DNA from: Candidatus Marinacidobacterales bacterium
GTDB lineage: Bacteria > Acidobacteriota > Vicinamibacteria > Marinacidobacterales > DATDRI01
Assembly (NCBI GenBank): GCA_965226495.1
Contig: OZ245365.1
Location: 4,704,001 to 4,768,000 of the forward strand
Direction of reading: 5' to 3'
Length of the DNA: 64,000 bases
Part shown: positions 43,021 to 54,968 of the stretch, one piece after another
Layout of the letters: each line of letters starts with the position of its first letter
Position numbering within the stretch: the first letter of the stretch is position 1
The notes under the pieces: generated by a model
Seen by the model: only the letters and a program-made list of their open reading frames with translations
Told to the model about the DNA's origin: nothing
Databases searched by the model: none
Made by a program: the position numbers and the translations under genes

Positions 43021-43891
43021 GCTAGCGCGATGGCGTGTCGGACTCGATGCTCTACGCGCGCGTTACGACCGGCGTTACCTTTCCCCCGACCCGCTAGAGT
43101 TCCCGCGCCGTTTCACGAGAGCCGAAGATCGGGAGGTGGTGGGGCTCGTAGCCTCGAGTCTCGCCTACGGGAATGTAACGACGATTCGCCAGAGTGTGGA
43201 GAGGGTTCTCTCACGGATGGGACCCTACCCGGCTCAATTCGTGCTTGAAATCGAAGCAGGTCGTCAGCTGGAACGCTTCTCTGATTTCCGACACCGCTGG
43301 AGCAGCGGAAGAGACGTCGTTTGCTTGCTATTGTTCGCCCGTCAAATGTTGGAGCACGCCGGTTCCATCGGAGCCTTCTTCCGAGAAGCCTACGACCCGT
43401 CAGAAGAAAACGTGGGACCGTCTTTGGCTCGCTTCTGCGTGCGAGTGACCGAGCTCGACCATCAAGGTCTCTACGGAGGGAAGACCCTTCCTCGGTCCGC
43501 TGGTGTCCGCTATTTCTTCCCCAGCCCGGCAACCGGTAGTGCTTGCAAGAGACTCAACATGTACTTGCGTTGGATGGTGCGGCGGGACGACGGCCTCGAT
43601 CTAGGGCTATGGGATTTCGTATCGCCAGCCCAGCTGGTGATCCCTCTAGACACCCACATCGCGCGCATTGGGCAACATCTTGGTTGGGCACGGAGGAAAA
43701 CACCGGATTGGAAGATGGCGGTGGAGATAACGGACTTCTTGGCGCGGCTCGATCGTGACGACCCTACGAAGTACGACTTCGCCCTTTCTCGCATGGGAAT
43801 CCTAAAGCGTTGCCCTCGTCACCCGCGCACGCTCCAATGTGATCTATGCGATCTTCGACGAGCTCTTCGTCTCAGGAGACGGGCGGCTTGA
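43007..43891 (+). CDS. TIGR02757/DUF2400 family protein
   Basis: SACKRLNMYLRWMVR, IPLDTH, DPTKYDFAL. Confidence 0.9.
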   Translation: MRADKLARWRVGLDALRARYDRRYLSPDPLEFPRRFTRAEDREVVGLVASSLAYGNVTTIRQSVERVLSRMGPYPAQFVLEIEAGRQLERFSDFRHRWSSGRDVVCLLLFARQMLEHAGSIGAFFREAYDPSEENVGPSLARFCVRVTELDHQGLYGGKTLPRSAGVRYFFPSPATGSACKRLNMYLRWMVRRDDGLDLGLWDFVSPAQLVIPLDTHIARIGQHLGWARRKTPDWKMAVEITDFLARLDRDDPTKYDFALSRMGILKRCPRHPRTLQCDLCDLRRALRLRRRAA

Positions 43892-44069
43892 AGTCTAAGC
43901 GCGCGAACACAGCCATGAGCCCATGCGAAGTCGTCCACCGACGAAGCATGAGGCGTGGCAGGCAGATCGTGCCGGCCGCCAAAAAACGTGGTTGCTTTGA
44001 CCGGAGCCAGCCAGACGGCGGTGGGGCCCCGCGCTTCTAATCGAAGAGTGAGCGCGCATTGAGGAACTA

Positions 44070-44273
44070 ATGAACGACTGCTGCCTGAAAGAAGCTAAGC
44101 TCCATCTCAACAGGCACAGGGATGTAGCCCGTTGTGACGAGTGCGGCGCGCTGATCCTCGCGTACGGGAACGAGCGTGATTTCCGCAGCACGGTAGAGGA
44201 GCTCGAAGGCCAAGGCATCGGCTACCAAACGGAACGTGTCGGCGAGCTCTTCATTCTCGCGAAACTTTCCTAA
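44070..44273 (+). CDS. Small Cys-rich hypothetical protein
   Basis: GAGG SD; CC...H...CxxC; 8 nt upstream of the next gene. Confidence 0.65.
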   Translation: MNDCCLKEAKLHLNRHRDVARCDECGALILAYGNERDFRSTVEELEGQGIGYQTERVGELFILAKLS

Positions 44274-44281
44274 GTAACTTC

Positions 44282-45259
44282 TTGCGACTCTCGAAGCCTT
44301 TTCGCCCCCTGCCCCTGCTCACCGGTGGCCACAGACAAACCTTGGCCGGTCATTTCGCACGATCACGCTTGAGCTGGACTCGTTCTACCGAGGACGTGAT
44401 CGTGGACGCCCCCGATGGCGTGAAGTTACTTCTTCGCGTCAGCTGGCAAGAGGGCCCACGACACCAGAAACCGGCACTGATCTTGCTGCATGGGCTCGAA
44501 GGATGCGACACCTCAGGGTATGTCTTGAGTGCGGGCGAGTTGGCCTGCCGTGCCGGTTATCACGTGATCCGGATGAACCTTCGCGGCTGCGGCGATGCGC
44601 TGGGCGTGTGCCCAATCCTTTACAACGCGGGTGTGAGCCGAGACTTGCTAGCGGTGATGGACTGGGTGTCTTCCCAAGTAAGCCAAGCGTTCATCCTCGG
44701 TTTCTCACTAGGCGCTAACTTGACCCTTCTTTCGCTCGCACGACATCGTGCCGCTATTCCTCGGCAGGTTATTGGGGCGGTCGCCATCTCTCCTCCACTC
44801 GACCTGGCCGCGGTGGCGGACGCGCTCGATCGTCCTCGCAACACTATGTATCGACGGTACTTCCTGAGGCGACTCCGGGCTTCCTATCGACGTCGGCAGA
44901 AACTCTTGCCAGACCTTTATGAACACGGCGTGGAGCGGGATTGCCACAACCTCTGGGGGTACGACGAACTGATTACCGCAAGATACGCTGGCTACCAAGG
45001 CGCGGCCGATTATTACGCGCGCTCGAGCGCGGGGCCGGTGATGGTGGACATCGATCGCCCTACATTGATCGTGTCGGCTGGAGACGACCCACTCATTCCT
45101 GCTGAGTCCGTCACTCGATGGCCCGTCACGACACAAGTTCGCCGCGAGCTAACGCACACAGGTGGCCACGTCGGTTTCGTGGCTGGGTCGAGCGCGCCGG
45201 GTCTCTTTTGGGCCGCCGAGCGTGCGATCGATTTTTTAGATGAATGTTCGAAACAATGA
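44282..45259 (+). CDS. YheT-like alpha/beta hydrolase
   Basis: GHRQT, LHGLEG, GFSLG, DDPLI, GGHVGF. Confidence 0.88.
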   Translation: MRLSKPFRPLPLLTGGHRQTLAGHFARSRLSWTRSTEDVIVDAPDGVKLLLRVSWQEGPRHQKPALILLHGLEGCDTSGYVLSAGELACRAGYHVIRMNLRGCGDALGVCPILYNAGVSRDLLAVMDWVSSQVSQAFILGFSLGANLTLLSLARHRAAIPRQVIGAVAISPPLDLAAVADALDRPRNTMYRRYFLRRLRASYRRRQKLLPDLYEHGVERDCHNLWGYDELITARYAGYQGAADYYARSSAGPVMVDIDRPTLIVSAGDDPLIPAESVTRWPVTTQVRRELTHTGGHVGFVAGSSAPGLFWAAERAIDFLDECSKQ

Positions 45260-45348
45260 TGACGTCGTATTACTCGTGGCGATTCAGCACTTACGAGGGC
45301 GCGCGAACTGCTTATTAGTGCCAGAAACGCTCGATTGGAAACTACTTG

Positions 45349-45525
45349 TTATGCGTGGCCAGCAGGTGGCGGGGCGGGTGGTCGAAGTGAAGGTAAAAAC
45401 GCTTCACCTTGTTGCTTTTGCGGACGGGCCGCTACTTTCCTTCGCTCGGCGGCTTTTTCCATGATGGCTTTGCGTCGACTGGCTAGAAACTCTAGAGACT
45501 CCGACTTGCGGGCTTTCTCCCCCAT
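45349..45525 (-). CDS. 58-aa basic small protein (not in ORF track)
   Basis: AGGAGG-8 nt-ATG; MGEKARKSESLEFLASRRKAIMEKAAERRKV...PPAPPPAGHA*. Confidence 0.55.
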   Translation of the reverse strand: MGEKARKSESLEFLASRRKAIMEKAAERRKVAARPQKQQGEAFLPSLRPPAPPPAGHA

Positions 45526-45581
45526 TTTTGTTTCCTCCTAGGCGGGTCCTGGGTGAAAAGGATGCTAGTAAGGACGGAACA

Positions 45582-45611
45582 AAGATAAGCCCGCTAAACA
45601 CTCCGTGTCAA
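45582..45611 (-). promoter_or_regulatory. Sigma70 promoter for the small ORF
   Basis: TTGACA-18 nt-TATCTT on the minus strand. Confidence 0.5.
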
Positions 45612-45659
45612 GTTCTCCCAGGTAGAAAACAGAGTCGAGGAAGACAAGACGCCACGGTC

Positions 45660-47237
45660 TTACCTAACGTTGATTTGATGTTTGTCTAGAATGGTCCCCG
45701 TCACGCGTCGATAGGCCACGATCGATTTGTTGTAGTCGATCACCGATTGTAGATACTCGCCGGCGGCAACGGCGAGGTCACGTTGCGCTTGGACGATGAG
45801 GAAGCTGGTCGACATCCCCACTTTGAATTTCTTTTGCTCCGCCTCCATTCGCCTGAGCATGAGCTCTTGTGCCACGCGGTTAGACTCGATGCGTTTGCGG
45901 TTGGTCTGCACCAATCGCGCCGTGATACGAACTTGCTGGGCGATGACGAGCTCCTGGCTTTCGAGGACGGCTCGCTGTCGCCGGTAGTCCGCTTGTGCTT
46001 GAGCATGGGCCGCATCGGCAGAGCTGTTGCCCAATGGATAAGAAAAGACGAGGCCGAGGGACCAGTCTCGAAACTCGTTACTAAAGACTTGCTCCAAGGT
46101 ATCGTTGTAGCCTCCGGGGATCTCTTCGATAATTCCGCCTCCGAATCCTTGGTCGCGGATTATCTGATCGCCACCTAGACCATTGAGAGTATACGAGCCG
46201 ACTAGGTCCACTTGAGGCAGTTTCTGGTTTTTGGTATAGCGCACGTTGAAGTTACGCGTGTCCAGCTCGACATGAGATTCGGCAATCGTGGGCCTTCGGG
46301 CCAGCGCCGTTCGGACCGACTCGTCGAGATCGATCTCGACTTCCGACAGCTGGGGCGCGTCGGCGGGCTCTATTTGGAGACCCCAGAAATCCAAAGAGCT
46401 TGGATCGTTGATGAGGCGCCTCATCTCATCGGTGGTCCGCGCGATCGCTTCTTCCGAGATAATCACCGCATTCTCGCGGGCCGCCACTTCCGCCTGGGCC
46501 TCCAGCACATCGATGGGTGCCATCGTGCCCACCTCGACCTGAATCCGATTGTTGCGGAGTAGGTCCCTCGCCAGCTGAAGCGACTTCTGGTTCACGTCGA
46601 GATCGCGGATGCTAAAGACCCAGTCCCAATAGGCCTGCTCCACGCCGCTCACAAGATCCATCACCTCGGCTTCAAATTGGTGACGGGCGACTCGTTCGCC
46701 GTTCTGCGCAACCACGATCTGCTGCTTGATCGGGTTCAACTGTCGATTCTGCAAGATCGGTTGCGCGATCTGTGCACTGAGCCCGGTTCTGTAGCTGGGA
46801 TTGAACAAGAAAAAGATGTTGTTAGTGCTGGCGCGGACGTTGTCGAAGGCGATGAAGTAGTTCCCTCCCGTGGAAATCTCCTGCTGCCAAGAGAAGTTGT
46901 ATGCGGTATTGAAATTGGTCAGAGTCGTGGCACCGGCCAGCTGACTCCCACCCGGGGTACGGCTTCTCAAGTTGTTGAAATCGGCCCTGAAGAGTGGGTT
47001 GTACGCTCCCTTGGCACGACCGACATTCTCTCCCTGGGCCTGATAGCCGAGCCGGGCAATGACGACATCCAGGTTGTTCTCCAGAGCCATTTCAATGGCC
47101 TGCTGCATGGTGAGCTTTGTCGTACCCGCCACATCGGCTTGGGTAGGCGCCTGGGTCGAGGTTTGGGCATCTAGAGGAATGCCCATGAAGAGTAAGCTTA
47201 AGGCGACACCAAGATGTAAGAAGTGGTTCCGTTTCAT
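45660..47237 (-). CDS. TolC-family outer membrane protein
   Basis: Signal peptide; AIEMALENNL, VEQAYWD, KKFKVGMST. Confidence 0.88.
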   Translation of the reverse strand: MKRNHFLHLGVALSLLFMGIPLDAQTSTQAPTQADVAGTTKLTMQQAIEMALENNLDVVIARLGYQAQGENVGRAKGAYNPLFRADFNNLRSRTPGGSQLAGATTLTNFNTAYNFSWQQEISTGGNYFIAFDNVRASTNNIFFLFNPSYRTGLSAQIAQPILQNRQLNPIKQQIVVAQNGERVARHQFEAEVMDLVSGVEQAYWDWVFSIRDLDVNQKSLQLARDLLRNNRIQVEVGTMAPIDVLEAQAEVAARENAVIISEEAIARTTDEMRRLINDPSSLDFWGLQIEPADAPQLSEVEIDLDESVRTALARRPTIAESHVELDTRNFNVRYTKNQKLPQVDLVGSYTLNGLGGDQIIRDQGFGGGIIEEIPGGYNDTLEQVFSNEFRDWSLGLVFSYPLGNSSADAAHAQAQADYRRQRAVLESQELVIAQQVRITARLVQTNRKRIESNRVAQELMLRRMEAEQKKFKVGMSTSFLIVQAQRDLAVAAGEYLQSVIDYNKSIVAYRRVTGTILDKHQINVR

Positions 47238-47389
47238 TTCGCTTCCTCTTGAATGCAAAGTGTTAGTTGGTCATGGTCCCCACGGGTCCGGCCCCACTAA
47301 GAGAGATACGCTCCAAACATATGATTTGTTTCGGCCATTCTAGTACGGATGACCTTTCATTTGGAATGCCGAGTTGGTAGGCTCTCACC

Positions 47390-47983
47390 ATGTCGCCCGA
47401 AGAACTGATCGACCGTGCGAAGCGGGAGGGAGCCCTCTTGGAGGGGCACTTTCTGCTGTCCTCCGGCCTTCACAGCCCGTCCTACTTCCAATGTGCCCGC
47501 CTTCTCGCGCGGCCTGAGCTCGCCAGTGAGCTCGGCGGCGCGCTGGCCCAGATGATTGGACCGCGGGGCGCGGACTTCGTCATCGCTCCGGCTCTCGGTG
47601 GAATTCTGGTCGCGCACGAGGTGGCGCGAGCCCTAGGGGTGAGGGCGCTCTTCGCGGAGCGGGATGCCGCGTCCGGACGGCTGGCCCTTCGGCGCGGGTT
47701 CGCGATCGAGCCGGGCGAGACGGCCATCGTTCTCGAGGACGTCGTCACGACGGGTCGCTCCCTTCGCGAAACGATGGAGGTCGTCGAGGCCTATGGCGGG
47801 AAAGTCATCGCGACCGGCGCACTGGTGGATCGTGGCGGGGAACGAAAGGGCACCGACGGCACGCCCTTCTTTTCACTTGCCCAACTGGACTTTCCCACTT
47901 ACGAACCGACCGATTGTCCTCACTGCCGAGAAGGCTCGATCCCAATCAAACCTGGGAGCCGCCACCAGCAAGCCGGTGCCTAG
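47390..47983 (+). CDS. pyrE: Orotate phosphoribosyltransferase
   Basis: GHFLLSSGLHS, VLEDVVTTG. Confidence 0.93.
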   Translation: MSPEELIDRAKREGALLEGHFLLSSGLHSPSYFQCARLLARPELASELGGALAQMIGPRGADFVIAPALGGILVAHEVARALGVRALFAERDAASGRLALRRGFAIEPGETAIVLEDVVTTGRSLRETMEVVEAYGGKVIATGALVDRGGERKGTDGTPFFSLAQLDFPTYEPTDCPHCREGSIPIKPGSRHQQAGA

Positions 47984-48036
47984 CAGATTGACGGGCAGAT
48001 AGTCTGACATTCTGACAGGGGCCAAGCCGGATCGAT

Positions 48037-48774
48037 ATGCCTCTCTACAGGGTAACCCTCTCCTATGACGGCACCCTTTATTTAGGGTGGCAACTCCAAC
48101 CGCAGGGCGAGACTATTGCGAACCAGCTGCAGGCAGCGCTCGAAACCATGAACGGTGAGCCGGTCACGGTCGTCGGCGCCGGAAGAACCGACGCCGGCGT
48201 TCATGCACACGGGCAGGTTGCACATTTTCAGCTCGAAACAAACATTCCCCCTTCCGGTCTATTGAAAGGAATGAACTCGATCCTGCCGGCCGACATCCGA
48301 GTCCTCGAAGCCGAGCTCGCACCAGAGGACTTTCACGCGCGCTACAGCGCTCGATCGAAGGTCTATCAATACTTCATCGATCCCTCCTTGGTCGCATCGC
48401 CTTTTCGGACCCGTTACACGCTGCATCATCCTTATTCACTCGATCGAGACGCTATGTCCCGAGCCGCCGAGGCGTTTCTCGGCAGACGGGGCTTCGAAGC
48501 GTTCCGCGCGTCTTCCTGCGAAGCCAAGAGCGCGGTAAGAGAGTGCACCACATCCCGTTTCTTCGAGGACGGGACGGAGCTGGTGTACGAGATCGCGGCC
48601 AACGGATTCCTACACCATATGGTGCGAAACATCATGGGCACGCTTCTCGAGGTCGGCCGTGGAAAGCTGTCGCCCGAAGACATGGATGGACTCTTCGAGG
48701 CGCGTGACAGATCCCGATCGGGCCCCACGGCACCGGCTCGTGGCCTGCACCTGATCCGGGTCAGCTACGATTAG
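48037..48774 (+). CDS. truA: tRNA pseudouridine synthase A
   Basis: GRTDAGVHA, FLHHMVRNI, GPTAPARGL. Confidence 0.95.
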   Translation: MPLYRVTLSYDGTLYLGWQLQPQGETIANQLQAALETMNGEPVTVVGAGRTDAGVHAHGQVAHFQLETNIPPSGLLKGMNSILPADIRVLEAELAPEDFHARYSARSKVYQYFIDPSLVASPFRTRYTLHHPYSLDRDAMSRAAEAFLGRRGFEAFRASSCEAKSAVRECTTSRFFEDGTELVYEIAANGFLHHMVRNIMGTLLEVGRGKLSPEDMDGLFEARDRSRSGPTAPARGLHLIRVSYD

Positions 48775-48997
48775 CCACCGCCGATAGCGGCTCACCATCG
48801 AGGATCTGTATCGTCGTGGACGCGCGAACCTCCTCGTCACTGGCGCCGGGAGCCAAGATCGGTGTCTTTAAAACGAAGACCGTTCCCTCCGGCAGGCTCG
48901 CGGCGGCGGAGCGGATCACCCGGGCTCGCGTCTCGATAAACGGATCCTCGCCGTCGAATCGAACCCCTGACGTCACACAGACTTCTGATTGTTTCAT
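48761..48997 (-). CDS. Hypothetical 78-aa protein
   Basis: AGGAGGT SD before ATG of MKQSEV; divergent from uvrA. Confidence 0.5.
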   Translation of the reverse strand: MKQSEVCVTSGVRFDGEDPFIETRARVIRSAAASLPEGTVFVLKTPILAPGASDEEVRASTTIQILDGEPLSAVANRS

Positions 48998-49139
48998 TCT
49001 CATCACCTCCTACCGAGGAGTGACGACAAAAACGAGCCTTCACCTCCTCCACTGACGTCAGGGTCGACCGATAGTGGCAACTGCCTGTTTTGGCGTCCCG
49101 TCCTTGATCCGCTCCTAGGCACAAGGCTAGTCTGTCGGG

Positions 49140-52100
49140 ATGGGTTCTAAACCAAACAGACGTCCATTACGAAGTGAAAAGAACTCTCCCGACGCCGTGA
49201 TCAGGGTCCGCGGAGCCCGTCAGAACAACCTCAAAGGCATCGACCTAGACCTGCCGCTTGGCGCGCTCGTGGCGGTGACCGGGGTCTCCGGCTCGGGCAA
49301 GTCCTCACTGGCGTTCGACACGCTCTACGCTGAGGGCCAGCGACGCTACGTGGAGAGCTTTTCCACCTACGCTCGTCAGTTCCTCGACCGCATGGATAAG
49401 CCGGCCGTCGACCGCATCGAAGGAATCCCGCCCGCCATTGCAATCAACCAAAGCAATCCGGTGAAGAACTCTCGCTCCACCGTCGGCACGATGACCGAGA
49501 TCACCGACCACGTGAAATTGCTCTTCTCCAAGCTAGCGGAGTTGTTCTGCCGCAAATGTGGGCAAAAGGTCGAGCGGGACTCGGTAGATACGATCCTCGA
49601 AAAATTGCTCAGTGAATTCGGAGGCACTCGACTCTTCATCACCTTCCCACTTCGAGTACCGGAAAAGACAAGTACCGAGGATGTCGAGTCCAGTCTGGAG
49701 GGACTGGGCCTACGCCGTCTTCTCGTCAACGGGAAGATCGAGGAGGTCTCCCGCAAGCTGCTGGCGCGACTCCGCGAGAAACCGATAGCCGTTGTCGTTG
49801 ACCGAACGACCAGCAAACCCGAAGGCCGGGAGAGGCTAGCGGATTCCCTGGGCCAGGCGCTTCATTTCGGCAAGGGGCACGTCAGCGTTTGGATTGATGG
49901 AGGGCAAGAGCTCGAAGAAGTTCCCTTTAGCGAGCATTTCCACTGTGCAACGTGTGACATCCACTACCCCGACCCGGTTCCGAACCTCTTTTCCTTCAAC
50001 AACCCCCTGGGAGCCTGCGAAAACTGCAAGGGCTTCGGCCGGACGATTGGCATCGATCTCGAGTTGGTCATCCCCGATCCTAGAAAAACATTGCGACAAG
50101 GAGCCATAAAACCGTGGACCACCGCCTCCTACCGCGAGGGCCAAGAAGATCTGCTCGCCTATTGTCGCCGCAAACGCATTCCTGAGGACGTCCCGTGGGC
50201 AAAATTGCCCCCAAAGCAACAACGCCATGTCATCGAAGGCGACCAAAGCTTCTACGGCATCCAAGGCTTCTTCGAGTGGCTGGAAACTCGTACATACAAA
50301 ATGCACATCCGAGTGCTTCTGTCGAAGTACCGGAGTTATGTGCGTTGCGAGTCGTGCGGCGGCACTCGATTCAGGAAAGAAACGCTGCTCTATCGCGTGG
50401 AAGGAAGAACCATCGCCGAGATCTACGCGGCGGACATCGAGGAAGCACTTGATTTCTTCACTCAGTCGCCGAGTCGTCCAGGCGATCGCGTCGCGGAGAT
50501 GCTGCTCGACGAGATCGAAAACCGGCTAACTTACCTACGCGACGTCGGCCTCGGGTATCTGACGCTCGATCGTCAGTCGCGCACACTTTCCGGAGGGGAG
50601 GTCCAGAGGGTGGATTTGACTACCGCCCTCGGATCCTCCCTGGTGAACACGCTCTACGTCTTGGACGAGCCTTCGGTAGGCTTGCATCCCAGAGATACCT
50701 CGCGGTTGATGGACATCTTGAAGCGGCTGCGTGACAACGACAACACCGTCGTGGTCGTGGAGCACGAACCGGAAGTGATTCGGCGTGCCGATCGAGTCGT
50801 GGACCTTGGCCCTGGTGCCGGCGAACGAGGCGGTGAGCTGGCGTTTTTTGGAGCGCCGGCCGAGCTCGTGAAATCGGCGAACACTTTGACCGGGAAGTAC
50901 CTCTCCGGACAGCTGCGTATTCCATGGCGGGGCTCACGCCGCAAAGGGCGCGAAGGTCACGCGATTCACATCCGCGGGGCCAAACAGAACAATCTCCACA
51001 ACGTCGATGTCGAGATCCCGCTCGGTGTCATGGTGGCGGTCACCGGGGTCTCGGGCTCCGGCAAGAGCACTTTGATCGAGGACATCCTCTACCGCGGGTA
51101 CCGAAAATGGAAAGGCAAAGGGATGGGTGAGCCGGGCGCCTGTGACGGCCTCGACGGTTTGGAGCTCGTTCAAGAACTGGTCCTCGTCGATCAATCGCCT
51201 ATCGGTAGAACGCCTCGTTCGAACGCCCTCACGTATCTCAAGACGTATGCGCCCATCCGACAGCTCTTTGCCTCCACCCGTGCGGCTCACGACCGCGGCT
51301 TCTCAGCAAGCACCTTCAGCTTCAACGTGGACGGTGGTCGCTGCCCGCTGTGCTCTGGAGAGGGGTTCGAAAAAGTCGAGATGCAGTTCCTCTCCGACGT
51401 CTACGTGACCTGCGAGTCGTGCGGCGGAGCCCGATTCAAACAAGAGGTGCTCGAGGTCCGGTTTCGCGGCAAGAACATCCAAGACGTGCTCGGAATGACG
51501 GTGACGGAAGGAATTCGCTTCTTCGCCGGGTGGGAGAAGATCGTTACTCCGCTGGAAGTTCTGCGCGGTGTAGGGCTCGGGTATCTGCGCCTCGGTCAGC
51601 CGGTCAACACGCTATCCGGCGGCGAAGCCCAACGATTGAAGCTGGCCTACCACATGAGCGGTGCGGTCGCGGAAGGAACGCTTTTCTTGTTCGACGAGCC
51701 GACCACCGGACTACACTTCGACGACATCCGCGTCCTCCTGTCCGCCTTCGACAAACTTCTCGAGCAAGGCGCCAGCATCCTGATTATCGAGCACAACATG
51801 GACGTCGTGAAAAACGCCGATTGGGTAATCGATCTGGGGCCGGAGGGAGGCGAAGCCGGCGGACGGGTCGTTGCCATCGGGACTCCGGAACAAATAGTGA
51901 GATCGCGTGCGTCCCACACCGGGAAATATCTGGCGCCGTACTTGAAACAGAAACCACCTCGCATCGCATCTTCACCACTTCCTCGGCAGGAGCTCGACAC
52001 TGGCACGGTTCGCGTCATTGGCGCCCGACATCACAACCTCAAGAACGTCACCGTCGACACGCCACGCGACCAAATGGTCGTTATCACTGGCCTCTCCGGC

Positions 52101-54788
52101 TCGGGAAAAAGCACGTTGGCATTCGACATTCTGTTCGCGGAAGGCCAGCGGCGATTCATCGAAAGCCTCTCCGCCTACGCTCGCCAGTACATCCGTGTGA
52201 TGGACAAACCGGAGCTCGATTTACTCTTGGGTATCCCGCCCACTGTTTCGATCGAGCAAAGACTCACGCAGGGCGGTCGCACGTCCACCGTCGCTACCGC
52301 CACCGAGATTTACCACTATCTGCGGCTGCTGTACTCCAAGGTGGGTGTTCAGCATTGTGCGGAATGCGACACACCGATCACGCCGCAGACTGAAGATCAA
52401 ATCGCCAGTGATATAGCTCGTCGGTTCAAGAAGGGACGCGTGATGCTCCTAGCCCCATTGGTGCGTGCGCGGAAGGGTTCACATAGAGAGATCTTGGAGC
52501 GCGCCGCCAAGGAGGGCTTCGAAAAACTGCGCATCGACGGTCGGATGATCCGTACCGCGGCGGCACGCCCTCTTCGTCGCTACGTCGAACACGACATCGA
52601 AGCCGTCGTTGCGGAACTAACTATGAAAGCGGCGACTGCCGCGATCGGGCGCGACCAACTTCGGCGAGCTCTAGAATTGGGGCGGGGCGCAGTCGTGGTG
52701 GTAACCGCCAAGGAGTCCCGCTATTACAATCTGAGACGAGCTTGTCCGCGTTGCGAGACCAGTTATGAAGAGCTCGATCCAAGACTCTTCTCATTCAACA
52801 GCCGCTACGGCGGGTGCCCAAGCTGCCGCGGCATGGGTTATCGGGAAGCGTTCGATCCGGATCTCGTCATTTCAGACCGGCGCCTCTCGTTGGATGAAGG
52901 GGCGATCGTACCCCTCGCCAAAAACTCCAAGAAGTTCCCCCGAAGTGCCTCGTACAGGGCACGAGTGCTTCGCATGGCAACGAGGCTGAGAATCCATAGG
53001 CGACGCGCTTTCAATAAAGTGGCGCGCAAGCAAAGGGAACTTTTTCTTTTCGGCACCGCCGAAATAGAAGGCGTCCTTCCCTACCTAGAGCGAATCTATC
53101 GAGACGCGACGGGCGAGCTAGCCACGCACCTGGAGCAGTTTCGTTCTCAAACGCCTTGCTCCGAGTGTGAAGGTGCGCGGCTCAACCGCGTCGCCCGTGC
53201 CGTTCGCTTGGGCGGCCTCGGCATCGATCGCGTCGCAGACATGACGCCCGAAGGAGCGCTCCAGTTCTTGTCTAGTGTGGATCTTCAGGGGAGAACCGGC
53301 ATCATCGCCGAGAACATCCTGAAGGAGATTACCGCGCGCCTTTCGTTTCTCTTGCAAATTGGTCTTTCCTATCTTCAATTGTCCCGCCGGAGCGACACGC
53401 TCTCAGGAGGAGAGGCACAGCGGATTCGACTCGCGGCGCAGCTCGGTTCGAACCTTAGAGGCGTTTGCTACATTCTCGACGAACCGACCATCGGTCTTCA
53501 CGCGCGAGACAATCGGGTGCTTCTGAAGACGCTGCGTCAACTTCAACGGGCTGGCAACTCAGTGATCATCGTCGAGCACGACGAGGACACGATTCGGCAT
53601 GCGGACCATGTCATCGACCTCGGGCCCGGGGGAGGGGCTGAGGGTGGCGAAGTGGTGGCGGTGGGAAGCCCCGCCGAAATCGAGGCCAATCCCAGATCGT
53701 TGACTGGCCGATTTCTAAAACGCAAGGACAGTGGACCAACGAGGCGACCGCGGCCGCTCGACGGGTGTTCCTTCGTAACCATACGCGGAGCGAAAGAGCA
53801 CAACCTGAAGAATATCCGCGTACGATTCCCCGCCGGTCGGCTGAGCGTCGTCACCGGTGTTTCGGGATCGGGGAAGAGTACGTTGGTCCGCGACATCCTC
53901 TATCGCGCCGTTCGCCGCAAGCTGACGGGGAGCGGAGGACGGGTCGGCGAGCACCGAGAAATCACCGGGGCCAATGTCTTCACTAGGGTTCTCGAGGTCG
54001 ATCAAACCCCGATTGGAAAAACACCGCGTTCCATCCCCGCCTCTTATGTCGGGTTTTTCGATGAGATCAGAAGGCTATTCGCTTCGACTCCAGAAGCCCG
54101 CATGCTCGGATACCAGCCCAGTCGGTTCTCGTTCAACGTCAAAGGCGGCCGATGCGAGAACTGTGGGGGCCAGGGTCGGATCAAAATGGAGATGAGCTTC
54201 CTCCCCAACGTCTACGTCCACTGCGCGATCTGTGACGGACGGAGATACACGCAAGAAACCCTCTCGGTCACCTACCGCGGCAAGAACATTCACGAGGTTC
54301 TGGAGATGACGCTCGTCGAAGCCGAGGAGCTCTTCCGTCCGGTAGAACCGATACATCGGCCGCTTCGAATCCTCAACGAGATGGGGCTCGGCTACCTTAC
54401 CCTCGGGCAACCGTCCAACACCTTGTCCGGCGGCGAAGCGCAACGGATCAAGCTTGCCTACGAGCTTGCGAAATCCAACCGCGGTTCGACGCTGTATGTA
54501 CTCGATGAGCCAACCACCGGTCTTCACATGGCGGACATCGAGAAGTTAGTTGGTTCGCTACAGTCATTGGTAGATCAGGGGAACACGGTGGTCGTGATAG
54601 AGCACAATCTGGAAGTCATCCGAGAGGCCGATTGTGTCGTCGATCTGGGGCCCGAAGGGGGAGAGCAGGGAGGCCACTTGGTGGCCTGGGGACCACCGGC
54701 CGAGGTAGCCGCCTTGGGTGAGACCTCCTACACCGCTCGCTTCCTGAAGGAGTACCTCAAGGGCTTTCCTGTCTCGGTCTCCGCCTAG
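49140..54788 (+). CDS. uvrA: Excinuclease ABC subunit A, tandem double-length form
   Basis: 1882 aa; four GxSGSGKS Walker A and four LSGGE signatures; duplicated Zn fingers. Confidence 0.93.
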   Translation: MGSKPNRRPLRSEKNSPDAVIRVRGARQNNLKGIDLDLPLGALVAVTGVSGSGKSSLAFDTLYAEGQRRYVESFSTYARQFLDRMDKPAVDRIEGIPPAIAINQSNPVKNSRSTVGTMTEITDHVKLLFSKLAELFCRKCGQKVERDSVDTILEKLLSEFGGTRLFITFPLRVPEKTSTEDVESSLEGLGLRRLLVNGKIEEVSRKLLARLREKPIAVVVDRTTSKPEGRERLADSLGQALHFGKGHVSVWIDGGQELEEVPFSEHFHCATCDIHYPDPVPNLFSFNNPLGACENCKGFGRTIGIDLELVIPDPRKTLRQGAIKPWTTASYREGQEDLLAYCRRKRIPEDVPWAKLPPKQQRHVIEGDQSFYGIQGFFEWLETRTYKMHIRVLLSKYRSYVRCESCGGTRFRKETLLYRVEGRTIAEIYAADIEEALDFFTQSPSRPGDRVAEMLLDEIENRLTYLRDVGLGYLTLDRQSRTLSGGEVQRVDLTTALGSSLVNTLYVLDEPSVGLHPRDTSRLMDILKRLRDNDNTVVVVEHEPEVIRRADRVVDLGPGAGERGGELAFFGAPAELVKSANTLTGKYLSGQLRIPWRGSRRKGREGHAIHIRGAKQNNLHNVDVEIPLGVMVAVTGVSGSGKSTLIEDILYRGYRKWKGKGMGEPGACDGLDGLELVQELVLVDQSPIGRTPRSNALTYLKTYAPIRQLFASTRAAHDRGFSASTFSFNVDGGRCPLCSGEGFEKVEMQFLSDVYVTCESCGGARFKQEVLEVRFRGKNIQDVLGMTVTEGIRFFAGWEKIVTPLEVLRGVGLGYLRLGQPVNTLSGGEAQRLKLAYHMSGAVAEGTLFLFDEPTTGLHFDDIRVLLSAFDKLLEQGASILIIEHNMDVVKNADWVIDLGPEGGEAGGRVVAIGTPEQIVRSRASHTGKYLAPYLKQKPPRIASSPLPRQELDTGTVRVIGARHHNLKNVTVDTPRDQMVVITGLSGSGKSTLAFDILFAEGQRRFIESLSAYARQYIRVMDKPELDLLLGIPPTVSIEQRLTQGGRTSTVATATEIYHYLRLLYSKVGVQHCAECDTPITPQTEDQIASDIARRFKKGRVMLLAPLVRARKGSHREILERAAKEGFEKLRIDGRMIRTAAARPLRRYVEHDIEAVVAELTMKAATAAIGRDQLRRALELGRGAVVVVTAKESRYYNLRRACPRCETSYEELDPRLFSFNSRYGGCPSCRGMGYREAFDPDLVISDRRLSLDEGAIVPLAKNSKKFPRSASYRARVLRMATRLRIHRRRAFNKVARKQRELFLFGTAEIEGVLPYLERIYRDATGELATHLEQFRSQTPCSECEGARLNRVARAVRLGGLGIDRVADMTPEGALQFLSSVDLQGRTGIIAENILKEITARLSFLLQIGLSYLQLSRRSDTLSGGEAQRIRLAAQLGSNLRGVCYILDEPTIGLHARDNRVLLKTLRQLQRAGNSVIIVEHDEDTIRHADHVIDLGPGGGAEGGEVVAVGSPAEIEANPRSLTGRFLKRKDSGPTRRPRPLDGCSFVTIRGAKEHNLKNIRVRFPAGRLSVVTGVSGSGKSTLVRDILYRAVRRKLTGSGGRVGEHREITGANVFTRVLEVDQTPIGKTPRSIPASYVGFFDEIRRLFASTPEARMLGYQPSRFSFNVKGGRCENCGGQGRIKMEMSFLPNVYVHCAICDGRRYTQETLSVTYRGKNIHEVLEMTLVEAEELFRPVEPIHRPLRILNEMGLGYLTLGQPSNTLSGGEAQRIKLAYELAKSNRGSTLYVLDEPTTGLHMADIEKLVGSLQSLVDQGNTVVVIEHNLEVIREADCVVDLGPEGGEQGGHLVAWGPPAEVAALGETSYTARFLKEYLKGFPVSVSA

Positions 54789-54968
54789 CAACGACGCTGC
54801 GTAAGTCCCTGAAACTGACGCCAAAATATCGCGTTGTTATTTGTCGAACGCAGCAGAGCGTCCAGTAGACGGTGGCTGCTTGAATCGGACTCGGCAAGAC
54901 GCCACTATCAAGTTGGCCAGGCGCTAGTCCGCGGCCTGGCATGTATGTTAAAGTTATGGATCGGGAAA

